Below, in pieces: positions 11,193 through 21,373 of a stretch of 64,000 nt of DNA (positions are counted from its first letter, which is position 1; every line of letters begins with the position of its first letter). Position numbers and translations under genes: made by a program. Source of the stretch: an uncultured Planctomycetota bacterium (GTDB lineage Bacteria; Planctomycetota; Planctomycetia; Isosphaerales; Isosphaeraceae); NCBI GenBank assembly GCA_963823665.1, contig CAWGMQ010000003.1, positions 1,536,001 through 1,600,000 on the forward strand. The letters are read 5' to 3'. The notes under the pieces are model-generated. The model did no database searches and was not told the origin of the DNA. It saw only the letters and a list, made by a program, of their open reading frames with translations.

Positions 11193-12466
11193 CACCACCC
11201 TCCCCTGGCGGCTGCCACCGAAGAGAATTCCTCCGCGAGCCTGGGCAGACATACGTCGGCTGCATAGCACTCACGCGCAAGCGCAGCAGCCGCATCGCCC
11301 ATCGGCCGGAAGGATGCGGGATCAGCCAGAACCTCGAGCGCGCGTTTCGCCAGCGAATCCCCGTCGCGCTCCTCGACCAGGACACCGGTCTGCCCGTCGG
11401 TCAAAACCTCGCGATGAGGCTCGGTATCGGAAGCAAGCACCACGCAACCGGCGGCCATTGCCTCGAGCAGTGATCGCTGCACGGGGTAGGCGCGGCCCGG
11501 GGCGACGTGCAGGTCGCTCGCGGCGAGGACTTCCGCGACGATCGACGGCGCCTGAAGGCCCAGGAACCACAGACGGCTGGGGTCTGAGAGTGGATTGTCG
11601 GCAAGCCATTGCGGGGCGTAGTCACGGTTATGAAAGACGAGGTCAAGTCCCCGGCGCACGGTACGATCGCCCACCACGACGCAGACCACGTCCGGGAAAG
11701 ACCGCAGCAGGCGGTCGGCCAGCTTGAGGAATCGGTCGAGCCCCCGGAGGCGGTCAAGGGAGCGGGCGACGAAGGTCACTACACGCGTCGAGCCGGGAAT
11801 GACGCGCCCGGCGATCGAACGCAGTTCGGAACGGCCGACCGGCCTCGAAGAAGCGGTGAAGCGGTGGGTGTCGACACCGTCGTGCAGCACGAGGAACGAG
11901 TCGCGATATTCGGCGGGATAGAGCCCGCGCTGCCAGGATGTCGGCGTCCACGCCAGTGCCGCCTGCTCCAGGTCGAGGAGGTCAATCGCGGCCATTGACC
12001 GCCGCCAGTGGAAGTAGGCCGGAGCGGTTTCGGGTCCGGCCTCGCCGGCCAGGTCGTGCTGGTGCGGGTGATAGAAGTAATCGAGAAAGGAGACGACGGG
12101 AGCCGCGGGGGCGTACACCGGCGCGAACAAGCTCGAGCCCAGGCCCATTGACCGGCCGACGACCAGGTCGATCGAGCGCGGGCGGTTCTTTTCGAGCACT
12201 TCCCAGCAGCCGTATGAGTAACAGAGGCTGCGCTCGAGAGTGCGCGACCAGCTCACCGCAGGATCCTTGGCAATGCCTCCCAGCCCGAAAACGGTCACTT
12301 CCAGGCCGTGGCCGACCGACGCCGGCCAGGTTTCACGCGGCTCGAGGCGATGACAGTAGAACGTACAGCGATACCCCCGGCGCCGCACCAGCCAATCGGC
12401 GACCGCCCCGAGACGGCCAGGGAAATGGGGCTCGATCCAGAGCACATGCAGAGGGTCTTGCGGCAT
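11189..12466 (-). CDS. GT4 glycosyltransferase, paralogue of the downstream GT
   Basis: WIEPHFPGRL, LHDGVDT, VTFVARSLDRLRG, SLLEAMAAGCVVLASD. Confidence 0.9.
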   Translation of the reverse strand: MPQDPLHVLWIEPHFPGRLGAVADWLVRRRGYRCTFYCHRLEPRETWPASVGHGLEVTVFGLGGIAKDPAVSWSRTLERSLCYSYGCWEVLEKNRPRSIDLVVGRSMGLGSSLFAPVYAPAAPVVSFLDYFYHPHQHDLAGEAGPETAPAYFHWRRSMAAIDLLDLEQAALAWTPTSWQRGLYPAEYRDSFLVLHDGVDTHRFTASSRPVGRSELRSIAGRVIPGSTRVVTFVARSLDRLRGLDRFLKLADRLLRSFPDVVCVVVGDRTVRRGLDLVFHNRDYAPQWLADNPLSDPSRLWFLGLQAPSIVAEVLAASDLHVAPGRAYPVQRSLLEAMAAGCVVLASDTEPHREVLTDGQTGVLVEERDGDSLAKRALEVLADPASFRPMGDAAAALARECYAADVCLPRLAEEFSSVAAARGGWW

Positions 12467-12497
12467 TGGTCGACCCCAAAGCTCAAGACAGAGCGGG

Positions 12498-12520
12498 CGG
12501 CACACGGAGAGTGCCTGCTA
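12498..12520 (-). repeat. REP-like palindrome, family B, single degenerate copy between rpsG and the GT genes
   Basis: CGGCACACGGAGAGTGCCTGCTA matches the right arm of 16155-16213 and the copy at 39255-39278. Confidence 0.75.
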
Positions 12521-12543
12521 GGACGGCGCCGAGCGGGCGCGAA

Positions 12544-13017
12544 TCACCAAGCGAAGTGGGCGAAGGCCTTGTTGGCATCGGCCATGCGGTGGACGTTCTC
12601 GCGGCGGGTGATCGCGGCGCCTTCGCGATTGAACGCGGCGACGAACTCATCGGCGAGCTTGATCGCCATGGGCCGCCCTTTTTTCTCGCGCGCCGCCATC
12701 AAAATCCAGCGAATCGAGAGGGTTTGCTGCCGCGTCTTGTTGACCTGCATCGGCACCTGGTAAGTGGCGCCACCGACTCGCTTGGAGCGAACTTCGATCG
12801 CCGGCTTGACGTTCTCGACAGCCCGCGTGAAGACGTCGATCGCCGTCTCGTTGGGCAGCCGCTTCTGCACCAGTTCAAGGGCATCGTAGAAGATGCGCTG
12901 GGCTACGCTTTTCTTGCCGTTGTGCATGACGCAATTGATAAACTTGCCCGCGAGCTTGGAGTTGAAGCGCGGATCAGGGCGAAGTTTCGTCTTGCTCGCA
13001 GTGAATTTCCGGGCCAT
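12544..13017 (-). CDS. rpsG: 30S ribosomal protein S7
   Basis: [48 protein letters not shown]. Confidence 0.99.
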   Translation of the reverse strand: MARKFTASKTKLRPDPRFNSKLAGKFINCVMHNGKKSVAQRIFYDALELVQKRLPNETAIDVFTRAVENVKPAIEVRSKRVGGATYQVPMQVNKTRQQTLSIRWILMAAREKKGRPMAIKLADEFVAAFNREGAAITRRENVHRMADANKAFAHFAW

Positions 13018-13113
13018 GAACGAGAACCCTCGGATTCTGGACTGGGGATTTGCTGTCTTGGATTCTGGATTGCGGGGAGGTCTCGGCGACGCGCTAGCAG
13101 CCGGCGCCTCAGG

Positions 13114-13521
13114 TCACTTACGGTTTCTTCTTCGCGCCGGCGCGGCGGCGGCTTTCTTGCGCTGGGCGCCATACTTGGAGCGGGCTTGTTTTCGCTCGGC
13201 CACGCCCTGGCAGTCGAGCACGCCTCGCACAATGTGGTAGCGGACTCCGGGCAGGTCGCGCACGCGGCCGCCACGCACCAGCACGATCGAGTGCTCCTGG
13301 AGGTTGTGCCCCTCGCCGCCGATATAGGCCGTGATCTCCTTGCCGTTCGAGAGCCGGACCCTGGCCACCTTGCGGAGGGCCGAGTTGGGCTTCTTGGGGG
13401 TCATCGTCTTGACCTGGAGGCACACCCCTCGCTTGAACGGCGAAGATTCGAGCACCGGCGCCTTGGTCTTGTATTTGACGGGACGCCGGGGCTTTCGGAC
13501 GAGCTGGTTGATCGTGGGCAT
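13114..13521 (-). CDS. rpsL: 30S ribosomal protein S12
   Basis: [49 protein letters not shown]. Confidence 0.99.
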   Translation of the reverse strand: MPTINQLVRKPRRPVKYKTKAPVLESSPFKRGVCLQVKTMTPKKPNSALRKVARVRLSNGKEITAYIGGEGHNLQEHSIVLVRGGRVRDLPGVRYHIVRGVLDCQGVAERKQARSKYGAQRKKAAAAPARRRNRK

Positions 13522-13764
13522 GAGTTCGTCGTTCCACTGGAGCCGCGGAAGCGGCGGCTAAATTGAGCTTGGTTCCACACCAAGGCGCCGCTAGGTTCAC
13601 GCCGGCGCGATCGATCAGGAGGCGAGCCTCCCGCTTATCCGAGGCGGGGGCCGGCCCGGCGCAATCTCGCTAGCACGCGATGCGCGGCCAGACGGTCCGA
13701 CCCGGCCGCAATCCTCGCTCGCCGTCGCCCGGCGCGCGTGCATCGACAAAATGCCGAAGCATTT

Positions 13765-13792
13765 AAGATACACCACCTTGGAGAATTGTCAA
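13765..13792 (-). promoter_or_regulatory. Putative sigma-70 promoter of rpsL
   Basis: Minus strand reads TTGACA-16 nt-TATCTT, about 240 nt upstream of the rpsL ATG. Confidence 0.6.
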
Positions 13793-13887
13793 GCGGCTCG
13801 GGTGCGGCGGGCGGGGACGTCGGGGACGAGACGCGGTCGGGCGATGAGCGAGCGAGCTTTCACCGTAGCCGTAATCAGCGATCAGCG

Positions 13888-14310
13888 TTACCTCTCGGTC
13901 TCGATCGGCGAGACTTCGTTCATGATCCGCCGCCGCCACTTCGCGATGTCGGATTCGATTTCGAAGAGGAAGCGGCACGCGATCGGCTGCGGTGGTCGCT
14001 TGCCCTGTTCCCAGGATCTCAAGGTGTTGATGTTGACGCCGAGGAATCCGGCTAGCACGGCCTGACTCGCTCCGAGCAATTCTCGCACGCGCTTCACGTC
14101 TTGAGGCCGGTAAATGGGCGGGGCTTCTGGCAGCTTGTATGTGCGGACGGTTAGCCGATTGCTTTGCAGTCCTTCCGTCCGAAGGATTTCCGTTGCCTCG
14201 GTGATCGCTGATAGAATTCTCGAGCCGCTGGAACGCGGTTTCTCACGAGTTCGGCCGGGTGTCTTCGCGCCGGTTCCGGTTGCAACTCTTCCGTTTGGAG
14301 GCCTCATCAT
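13888..14310 (-). CDS. XRE-family HTH antitoxin (HigA-like)
   Basis: VKRVRELLGASQAVLAGFLGVNINTLRSWEQGKRPP. Directly downstream of a RelE-like gene. Confidence 0.85.
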   Translation of the reverse strand: MMRPPNGRVATGTGAKTPGRTREKPRSSGSRILSAITEATEILRTEGLQSNRLTVRTYKLPEAPPIYRPQDVKRVRELLGASQAVLAGFLGVNINTLRSWEQGKRPPQPIACRFLFEIESDIAKWRRRIMNEVSPIETER

Positions 14311-14319
14311 TTTCCCCTT

Positions 14320-14703
14320 TCAATTTCGAATCTGAAACTGGCGGCGAAGTTGCGTCTCAAACTCTTTGAGTGCCTTCGCAATAGCTCGCGCCTCTGCCAT
14401 GGTCAGGTCGGGCCGCTCCTTCTTACCGAAAACAACGAACAGAGCAATGGTCCCGTACATCGGAAAATAGCTGTAACAAACACGATACGCGCCGCTTTTG
14501 CCCATTCTTGAACCAGGCGGACTGAATCGTAGCTTCCTCAAGCCCCCGGTGCCTTCAAGGACAGGTGCGCTGTCAGGCGACTCAATCAATTCGTTTTCGA
14601 GCGCACGGAGAGCCTCGTCACCAAGTCTCAACCGTTGCCAATCTCTCGAGAACGCCGGGAAATGGACGAAACGCAACAGTTTTCGTGAACGGCGCTCCGG
14701 CAA
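14320..14703 (-). CDS. RelE/HigB-family toxin
   Basis: GTGGLRKLRF...GKSGAYRVCY...LFVVFGKKERPDLT. Toxin-first gene order. Confidence 0.88.
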   Translation of the reverse strand: MPERRSRKLLRFVHFPAFSRDWQRLRLGDEALRALENELIESPDSAPVLEGTGGLRKLRFSPPGSRMGKSGAYRVCYSYFPMYGTIALFVVFGKKERPDLTMAEARAIAKALKEFETQLRRQFQIRN

Positions 14704-14886
14704 TCCCGCTTTCTCCTGAAGTCACGAGATCAGTGCCCGCAACTGTAGTACAGCGTACCATATCGATAGAATCGTTGCGAAGCAGCGGTCCTCGAGCTCT
14801 CGTTCATTCTTGCGGAAATGGGCGTTTTGGAACCACTCTTACACCTTGCTCTGACCGCACCCTCAACCAGCCAGGCTACTTCCACC

Positions 14887-16158
14887 ATGAGCCCATTCGA
14901 GCCCTCCCGACGTTCGTTTTTGAAAACCCTGGCCGCAATCGCCGGGACAACGCACCTCACTCACGGTTCGCTACAGGCGCAATCGGGACAAGCCGACCAA
15001 CCACTTCTCGCCTACGTCGGAACCTTCAGCTCTCCGCTGCGCGATGTGTTGCCGACTCAGGTTGATCTCCCGCCCGGCAATGGTCGCGGGATTCACGTCT
15101 TTCTGGTGAATCGCGAGACCGGGGCCATGACGCCGGCTGGAGTCCACGAGATGGGCACGAGCCCGAGCTGTCTTGCTTTGAATACCTCGGGTACCCGCCT
15201 TTATTCCGCCAATGAAACGGATCGGGTGGGGGAACACAAGGAAGGCACGGTCAGTGTATTCGCGATCAATCGAACAAACGGGAAACTCGAGCTGCTCAAC
15301 GCCGTGCCCTCCGGCGGCGCGGGGCCAACGTTCGTGAGCATCGTTCCGTCCGGCCGCTTCGTGCTGGTGGCCAACTATTTCGGCGGGTCCGTCGCCGTGC
15401 TGCCGATTCTCCACGACGGCCGCCTGGGCGCAGCCACCGATGTCAAGAACGATGCCGGCAAGATTGGGCCGACCAGGGCGACGAATGCTCCACCGGGGGG
15501 CTTTGCGAAGAGCGGACATGACCGGACTCACGCGCACATGATCCAGGCCGATCCATCGGGACGCTTCGTGCTGCACGCAGACCTAGGCCTGGATCAGATC
15601 TTCATCTGGAAGCTCGACGAACAAAAGGGCGTGCTAACACCGGGTGATCCGCCTGCCGCTTCGCTGCCACCCGGAGACGGGCCGCGGCACTTCTGTTTTC
15701 ACCCCAATGGCCGCTGGTTTTACTCGATTCAGGAGGAAGCCTCGACCATCGTCTTGTTTGACTACGATGCCGCACGAGGTCGATTGACCTCACGACAGAC
15801 GATCTCCACCCTTCCACACGGGTTTGTTGGAACGAACTTCTGCTCCGAGATCCTGGTTTCCGGCGATGGCCGGTTCGTCTACGCCGGCAACCGGCTGCAC
15901 GACAGCATCGGGGTCTTTTCCATCGGGCCTGACGGTACCCTGACCTTTGCCGGAGAAGAATGGACGCGAGGAGACTATCCGCGCAGCTTCAACTTCGATC
16001 CCAGCGGCAAGTTCTTTTACTGTTGCAATCAGCGAGGCGACAACATCACCGTCTTCCGCGTGGATCAGAAAACCGGCGGCCTCCAGTTCACCGGCCATTA
16101 CGTGCCCGTCGGCAATCCTTCGAGCATCGTTTTCGCCGATCTTGCAAATTCCAAGTAG
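14887..16158 (+). CDS. Lactonase family protein (6-phosphogluconolactonase-like beta-propeller) with Tat signal
   Basis: SRRSFLK twin-arginine motif; LYSANE, VANYFGGSVAV, HAHMI, GDGPRHF, YAGNR, YPRSF. Confidence 0.92.
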   Translation: MSPFEPSRRSFLKTLAAIAGTTHLTHGSLQAQSGQADQPLLAYVGTFSSPLRDVLPTQVDLPPGNGRGIHVFLVNRETGAMTPAGVHEMGTSPSCLALNTSGTRLYSANETDRVGEHKEGTVSVFAINRTNGKLELLNAVPSGGAGPTFVSIVPSGRFVLVANYFGGSVAVLPILHDGRLGAATDVKNDAGKIGPTRATNAPPGGFAKSGHDRTHAHMIQADPSGRFVLHADLGLDQIFIWKLDEQKGVLTPGDPPAASLPPGDGPRHFCFHPNGRWFYSIQEEASTIVLFDYDAARGRLTSRQTISTLPHGFVGTNFCSEILVSGDGRFVYAGNRLHDSIGVFSIGPDGTLTFAGEEWTRGDYPRSFNFDPSGKFFYCCNQRGDNITVFRVDQKTGGLQFTGHYVPVGNPSSIVFADLANSK

Positions 16159-16213
16159 TAGGCACACTCCGCGTGCCGTTCATTAGTAACGGCACACGGA
16201 GTGTGCCTACTAC
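16155..16213. repeat. REPIN-like inverted doublet of family B
   Basis: GTAGTAGGCACACTCCGCGTGCCGTT-7 nt-AACGGCACACGGAGTGTGCCTACTAC: 26-bp arms with one mismatch. Confidence 0.9.
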
Positions 16214-16398
16214 GAAGACTCGACCGCGATGTCAAAATGATAAGCTGCCACCGAAATCGGAATTCAAAAAAATCTGTCGCGAAGTCGAATCTCGCCCCCA
16301 CCGAACGACTACTCGCTGTTCAGAGCGGAGCGAGGGCCGATTTCGCTGAGCGAAATCGTGGTGATCGTCCGTCTTCAAGTCAAAAGGAGATTGCAACC

Positions 16399-17273
16399 AT
16401 GCGATTCATGATGCTGCTCAAAGCCACGAAGGACTTCGAGGCGGGTGCTCGGCCCGACGAGAAGCTCCTGTCCGAGATGGCCAACTGGTCAGAGGAGCTG
16501 ATGAAGGCCGGCGCACGGCTGGAGGCTGGGAGACTCCAGCCAAGCTCGACGGCCGTGCGCGTCCGTTACGCCGACGCCAAGTTTACGCTGACTGACGGGC
16601 CTTTCGCCGAGTCAAAGGAGCTGATCGCCGGCTTCTGTCTGATCCACGCGAAATCGTTGGACGAAGCGATCGAATGGACCAAGCGGGTCCCGTTTCAGGA
16701 AGGCGAGATCGAGCTTCGACCGCTGTACGAACTGTTCGACTTCCCGGTCGATCCCGCGGAGAAACCCGATGGTTGCGCGAGAAGGAGGAGCAGTCCCGCG
16801 CCGCCCCGCCCGCACGGAAGCCCGGAACGACGCGTTATATGGGCATGATCAAGGCCGACAGGGACACCGAGGCGGGCGCGCTCCCGGACGAGAAGGGTCT
16901 GGCCACCATGGGAGCGTTCCTTGAGGAAGGGCTCAAGGCCGGCGTATTCCTCGAGGGCGAGGGGCTGAAGCCGACATCGAAGGGCGCGCGTGTCGAGTTC
17001 GACGGAAGCAAGCGCACGGTGACCGACGGACCGTTCGCGGAAACGAAAGAGCTGATCGCCGGCTACGCGATCCTGCAGTTCGCGTCGAAGGCCGAGGCGA
17101 TCGAGTGGACCAAGCGGTTCGTGCAGGTTGACGCCCCGTTGCGCCTTGGTGGAGAGAGCGTGTGCGAGATCCGTCCCTTCTTCGAGTTCGAGGAATTCGG
17201 AGAGAGCGCGGCGACCAAACGCTTTCGCGAGGCGGGAGTGGGCGTTCCAGGAGCTGGCGGCCAGCTTGCGTGA
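16399..17273 (+). CDS. Tandem YciI/DGPF-domain protein (frameshift near 16775)
   Basis: Two copies of TDGPFAE(S/T)KELIAG and EAIEWTKR. AAGGAG SD before ATG 16399. Confidence 0.88.
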
Positions 17274-17308
17274 AATACCTGTGGCTCAAAACGCAGGGGA
17301 ATCGAGAC

Positions 17309-20300
17309 CTACTCCTTCGGAAGACTGCGAATCAGCGATTCGATGTCGGCATCCGAAAGATTCCGCGTTGTCAGCTTCAGCATCTTTCGCAAATGCTCGG
17401 TACCTTCAAAGCTTCCGGACGGGTCGCCGATGTTGCCGAGCGGGCCGATGCTGTTGATCAGCTCTTTGCCGTCGGCGTCCAGAATGGCGTGGCATGGGAC
17501 TCCCTGGCCGTGGAACTTAAGCGAGCGGCTTAGCTCTTCTCCGCCAGAATCGATGCCATCATCGAACTTGAAGAGGACGTAGTCCTTTGCCAGCAAGTCT
17601 CGCTGGGAATCGAGCCAGCGCGAAAAACTGAAGCAGGGAGCACAGCGAGTCTGGCCGACGCACACCCACAGGCGGCGATGCGATCGCTTGGCTTCCGCGA
17701 GTGCCGCGTCGTAGCCCGCTTTCGCATCGCGTTTCTTGGGGAGATGCGTCTTGAGGAAGGCAGCCACCTCCTTCGCCGCAGCTTGGTCATTGCTGACATT
17801 CACACTCAGCCGGCCCAGCTCCTTGCCAACGCCATTGAGCGCGGCCAGGAAGAGGGAGCCCGGCTCGGGGAACGGCCAGTTGCGGGCGGCAAAGTACGCA
17901 CGCCGATCGGGTACATTCGCGGCTTCTCGCCCGCTCAACAAAAGTGGGAGGTAGGAATAGATGTCCTCGTTCTCCTCGTCGGTCTCGTCGTCGTTCGTTT
18001 CGGGAAACAAGTGGGCCTTGGTGAAGGAAGCCGCCGCATCGCCCGCGCCGCACACGATGACCAAAGCGTGGATCCCGGCCAGACGACAATCACGCAGAGT
18101 GTCCGACAGGGCCAGCTCGAGCGGTTTCGGCTCGCCCGCGCCGAGCCGGATCGTTTCCGGAGGACGCGTTTGGCCGGGCTCGAAGTACTTTTGTCCGACA
18201 AATGAGGAATTCGTCTCACCGGGTCGAGTGAGCCAGATCGAAAGCTCCATCCGCTGCGGTGCGTTCGGAATGACGAAGTAACCCTTCGCATCGGTGATAG
18301 TCGTCCGATCACTGAATAATTCGACATATTGCTTTTCGAAGTCCGCAGTTCCTGGGGGATACTCGCGGCCGCGATCAACCAGCCTTGCCGTCATTCCGAT
18401 CGTCACGCTTGGGAGTGGCTGGTCGTCTGATCCCAAGACTCGCCCTGCGTAGCGAACTGTGGGATGCATGGGAATCTCGATCACTCGTTCGCCAACATCG
18501 ACAATTCCACATCCGAAGAACTCTTCTCCGGGCGAGGAGGCCAGGATGCTGACGCGGCCCGCGATGATGGCGGCGGAAAAGTGTCCGTCTCCATCCGACG
18601 TCACGGTGGCTGCGTCTGTTGATTCGCCATCCATTCCCGCGATTGCGACCGACGTCTTGCTCAAATCCACGGCCACGCCGGGAGGCAGAACGAGCCTGGC
18701 GCGGATTGTTCGCTTCTCTGCAAACTGGCGATGCATGTGGATCTTGGCGGGCTCGCCCTCGACGATCTGGATCGTCTTTTCCTGATTCCAATCTCCATCG
18801 CTCGCTCGAACCTTCATCTCACCGGCGGCAACGGATGCGACGCACCGGCCGTGTTCATCGGTCTTGCCCCAGAATTCGGGGCCAATCTTGTGATGGTGCG
18901 CTGCTACGAAGAGTACGTAGGCATTCTGCATCGGTTTCTGATCGCGCCCCGTCGTGACGTGCACTTCCACAGGCACGCCCTTTGCCACAGTCAGCTCCGG
19001 GGTCCGGATCGTGGCACGATCCGGGCTTACAATGACGCCGTCCCATAGATTGCTTACCAGGTCGCGATCAATCACGAAGACTTTATATCGACTACCCGGC
19101 AAGACGTTTACTGAGAAACGGCCATTCCCGTCGCATCGCGCGAAGAAACCGTCCCATTCGCCGTCATCTTCGCCCTGGTCGCTCAACAATTCGATCAGCA
19201 GCCCGGAAACGTCGATTGCCGTGCCAGACAATCGACCTTGCACGGGCACGCGCTTGTTTGTGAGTGCACGGGGTGAAGGGACGACTTCGAATTCACGCAC
19301 TACATCTGGTGATTGTTTGGGAACGCGATCTCTCGTTTCGCGCCAGGGACTGTTTTCGGCGACACGGACCGGGAAGCGCTCTTTCGGCCAGTTGGGCACC
19401 CAGGCGAAGACGGCTTCGCCGCGCGCATTTGTGATCTGGCGCGATGTCGGGTTGTCACCGACAAACATCTCGTTCTGTCCTCTCATCCACGCGAGGAACA
19501 CGAGCGGGACATTGGCGACGGGTTGCTGCCGTGCATCGACCGCTCGCACCCGCACCGGCTCACCGTGACTGATTTCGATGTGGAACTCGGTGCCGGACGG
19601 ATTCTTGTTGGGTTTGGGAGCTGTCCACAAGCCACCGATCCGGTGATCGTCGGACCACGCGACGATGGGATAGCCGCTTCCGTCGTGCGCGATCTTCAGC
19701 TCGGCGACACCGTCCGAGCGCGTGATGCCCAAGTATTTGTACATCCCCGCAGAAACCTGAACATGACAGTCCGCGACAGCTCGTTCGCCGTCCGTCACCT
19801 TTACCTTGATGAACTTGGCCGGAGCCAGGGTGATTCGTTTCTGACCGGCGCACTCGCTTCGGAGTGTGCGGCTCTCCATCTCCAGAAGGCCCTGAAAATT
19901 CCAGTCGGGAGTTCGGAATAGGATGACCGCTGGATTTACCTTCGTGCCTTCGGTCTTGATCTCGAATCGCCCCTCGTTGATCGTGGCTCTTACATCGCTG
20001 GCTTCATTCTCGGGTGATTGTTCGAGTACTGCGTCTTGCGCGACTGATCCATCGGGCAAGAACACCCTGCCACGCATCGTGAGGAAACCCTGCTCGTCTA
20101 TTGCGGCAGGCGTGAGTTGCTCTGGCTCGCCGGCAGACTTTTTCTTCGCTACGGGGGCGGTGGTCTCTCTTGCCCGTGCGACTCTCGGAGACGCCGCTTC
20201 CTGCTCGTTTCTGTTCGCTCTGCTTGGCCGGAGCGCTGCGAGAAGGATCACGAGCGGCATACCCACCAGAAGAATCGTTGCTAGAGCCGGCCGTGAGATG

Positions 20301-21373
20301 CGGGGCGTCAAGGGCCTCGACAGATCCAGCAAGGCACGCACACGTGGGCCGACCTTGCTGCTCCTGGCCATCGCAATTCCCGGTTGAAGCGTCGCGTCAT
20401 TCCGATTGGCGGCGGCAACTTCCACCAGGTATCGGGCGTAGACCAGTCGATCGCCGACCGCGAGCGCCGCGGCCTCATCGCAGGCCAGCTCGGCGAGCCG
20501 GTTCAGTTGCCGCTTGGTCCACCAGCTTACGGGATGAAACCAGTAGAAGAGCGTCACCAGCTCCGCGAGCAAGCTCAAACTCGTATCGCGGCGGCGAAGA
20601 TGAGACTGCTCGTGCGACAAGACGGCCGCGCGTTTGGCATCGGTCCACTCCCGCCAGGAGCGAGGCAGCAAAATGCAAGGCCGCCACCAGCCGGCGACCA
20701 CGGGGCTTTCAATCTGCGCGCTCTCGCGAACAGTTATCCCGGGGGGAAAGCAACGGTCCGTGACCGAAAGAGCGGCTCGCTCGATCCGCAGCGTCCGAAA
20801 CACAGCGATCAACAACCGGGCGAGCATGACACCCACACCGCTGAGCCAGACCATTGATCCGAGCACGAATAACGACGCGCGCCGGAAGAACCATCGAGAA
20901 AGGCTGCTGGCGGCCGGCGATGCCGCTTGGCTTCGGCCATCAGGTTCAATCGACGCGGTGCCCGATGGCAGACTGCCGTTTCTCACATGGCCCATCCGGA
21001 TTTCCGCCGATGGAATGCCGGGGGAATCTTGCCCGCGAGTGTTCGATGCCTGACCGGGGAAGACCGTGATCTGGGCATTCAAGCCCCCTGCCCCGGAATC
21101 GGCGGACGACTGCCGACTTTTGGCTTGATCGGAACTGACCGCTGGCACTCCAAGTGGCAGCGACCAGGATGGTCCTACATGAGCCAGGATGGGAAGCATC
21201 ACCAATCCCAGCAGCACGACGGTCCAGACGCGATGCTCTTCATGAACCGACATCCGCCGAAACGTGCGGATCGCCAGCATGGCCAGCATCCACAGCAGGA
21301 TCGCCTTGAGAGAAGCATCAAAGAGTATGAACACAATCTGCGTTGAAATCCGTTCCAGCATGATTGTTCTCAC
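17309..21373 (-). CDS. BlaR1/M56-family metallopeptidase with repeated beta-sandwich (carboxypeptidase-regulatory-like) domains and C-terminal thioredoxin-like domain
   Basis: TM helices, LSHEQSHLRRRD, YWFHP, ELACDE. Repeated G.V...DG.P/TD..G.F units. C-terminal CAPC. Confidence 0.9.
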   Translation of the reverse strand: MRTIMLERISTQIVFILFDASLKAILLWMLAMLAIRTFRRMSVHEEHRVWTVVLLGLVMLPILAHVGPSWSLPLGVPAVSSDQAKSRQSSADSGAGGLNAQITVFPGQASNTRGQDSPGIPSAEIRMGHVRNGSLPSGTASIEPDGRSQAASPAASSLSRWFFRRASLFVLGSMVWLSGVGVMLARLLIAVFRTLRIERAALSVTDRCFPPGITVRESAQIESPVVAGWWRPCILLPRSWREWTDAKRAAVLSHEQSHLRRRDTSLSLLAELVTLFYWFHPVSWWTKRQLNRLAELACDEAAALAVGDRLVYARYLVEVAAANRNDATLQPGIAMARSSKVGPRVRALLDLSRPLTPRISRPALATILLVGMPLVILLAALRPSRANRNEQEAASPRVARARETTAPVAKKKSAGEPEQLTPAAIDEQGFLTMRGRVFLPDGSVAQDAVLEQSPENEASDVRATINEGRFEIKTEGTKVNPAVILFRTPDWNFQGLLEMESRTLRSECAGQKRITLAPAKFIKVKVTDGERAVADCHVQVSAGMYKYLGITRSDGVAELKIAHDGSGYPIVAWSDDHRIGGLWTAPKPNKNPSGTEFHIEISHGEPVRVRAVDARQQPVANVPLVFLAWMRGQNEMFVGDNPTSRQITNARGEAVFAWVPNWPKERFPVRVAENSPWRETRDRVPKQSPDVVREFEVVPSPRALTNKRVPVQGRLSGTAIDVSGLLIELLSDQGEDDGEWDGFFARCDGNGRFSVNVLPGSRYKVFVIDRDLVSNLWDGVIVSPDRATIRTPELTVAKGVPVEVHVTTGRDQKPMQNAYVLFVAAHHHKIGPEFWGKTDEHGRCVASVAAGEMKVRASDGDWNQEKTIQIVEGEPAKIHMHRQFAEKRTIRARLVLPPGVAVDLSKTSVAIAGMDGESTDAATVTSDGDGHFSAAIIAGRVSILASSPGEEFFGCGIVDVGERVIEIPMHPTVRYAGRVLGSDDQPLPSVTIGMTARLVDRGREYPPGTADFEKQYVELFSDRTTITDAKGYFVIPNAPQRMELSIWLTRPGETNSSFVGQKYFEPGQTRPPETIRLGAGEPKPLELALSDTLRDCRLAGIHALVIVCGAGDAAASFTKAHLFPETNDDETDEENEDIYSYLPLLLSGREAANVPDRRAYFAARNWPFPEPGSLFLAALNGVGKELGRLSVNVSNDQAAAKEVAAFLKTHLPKKRDAKAGYDAALAEAKRSHRRLWVCVGQTRCAPCFSFSRWLDSQRDLLAKDYVLFKFDDGIDSGGEELSRSLKFHGQGVPCHAILDADGKELINSIGPLGNIGDPSGSFEGTEHLRKMLKLTTRNLSDADIESLIRSLPKE

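Noticed and set aside
11938..13566. Long antisense ORFs (542 aa here; also 27241..28482, 40294..41268, 42292..43731)
   Set aside because: Shadow ORFs typical of high-GC DNA, opposite well-supported genes.
16765..16780. Programmed frameshift in tandem YciI
   Set aside because: No slippery heptamer; one missing G restores a Trp codon, consistent with the window-wide indel pattern.
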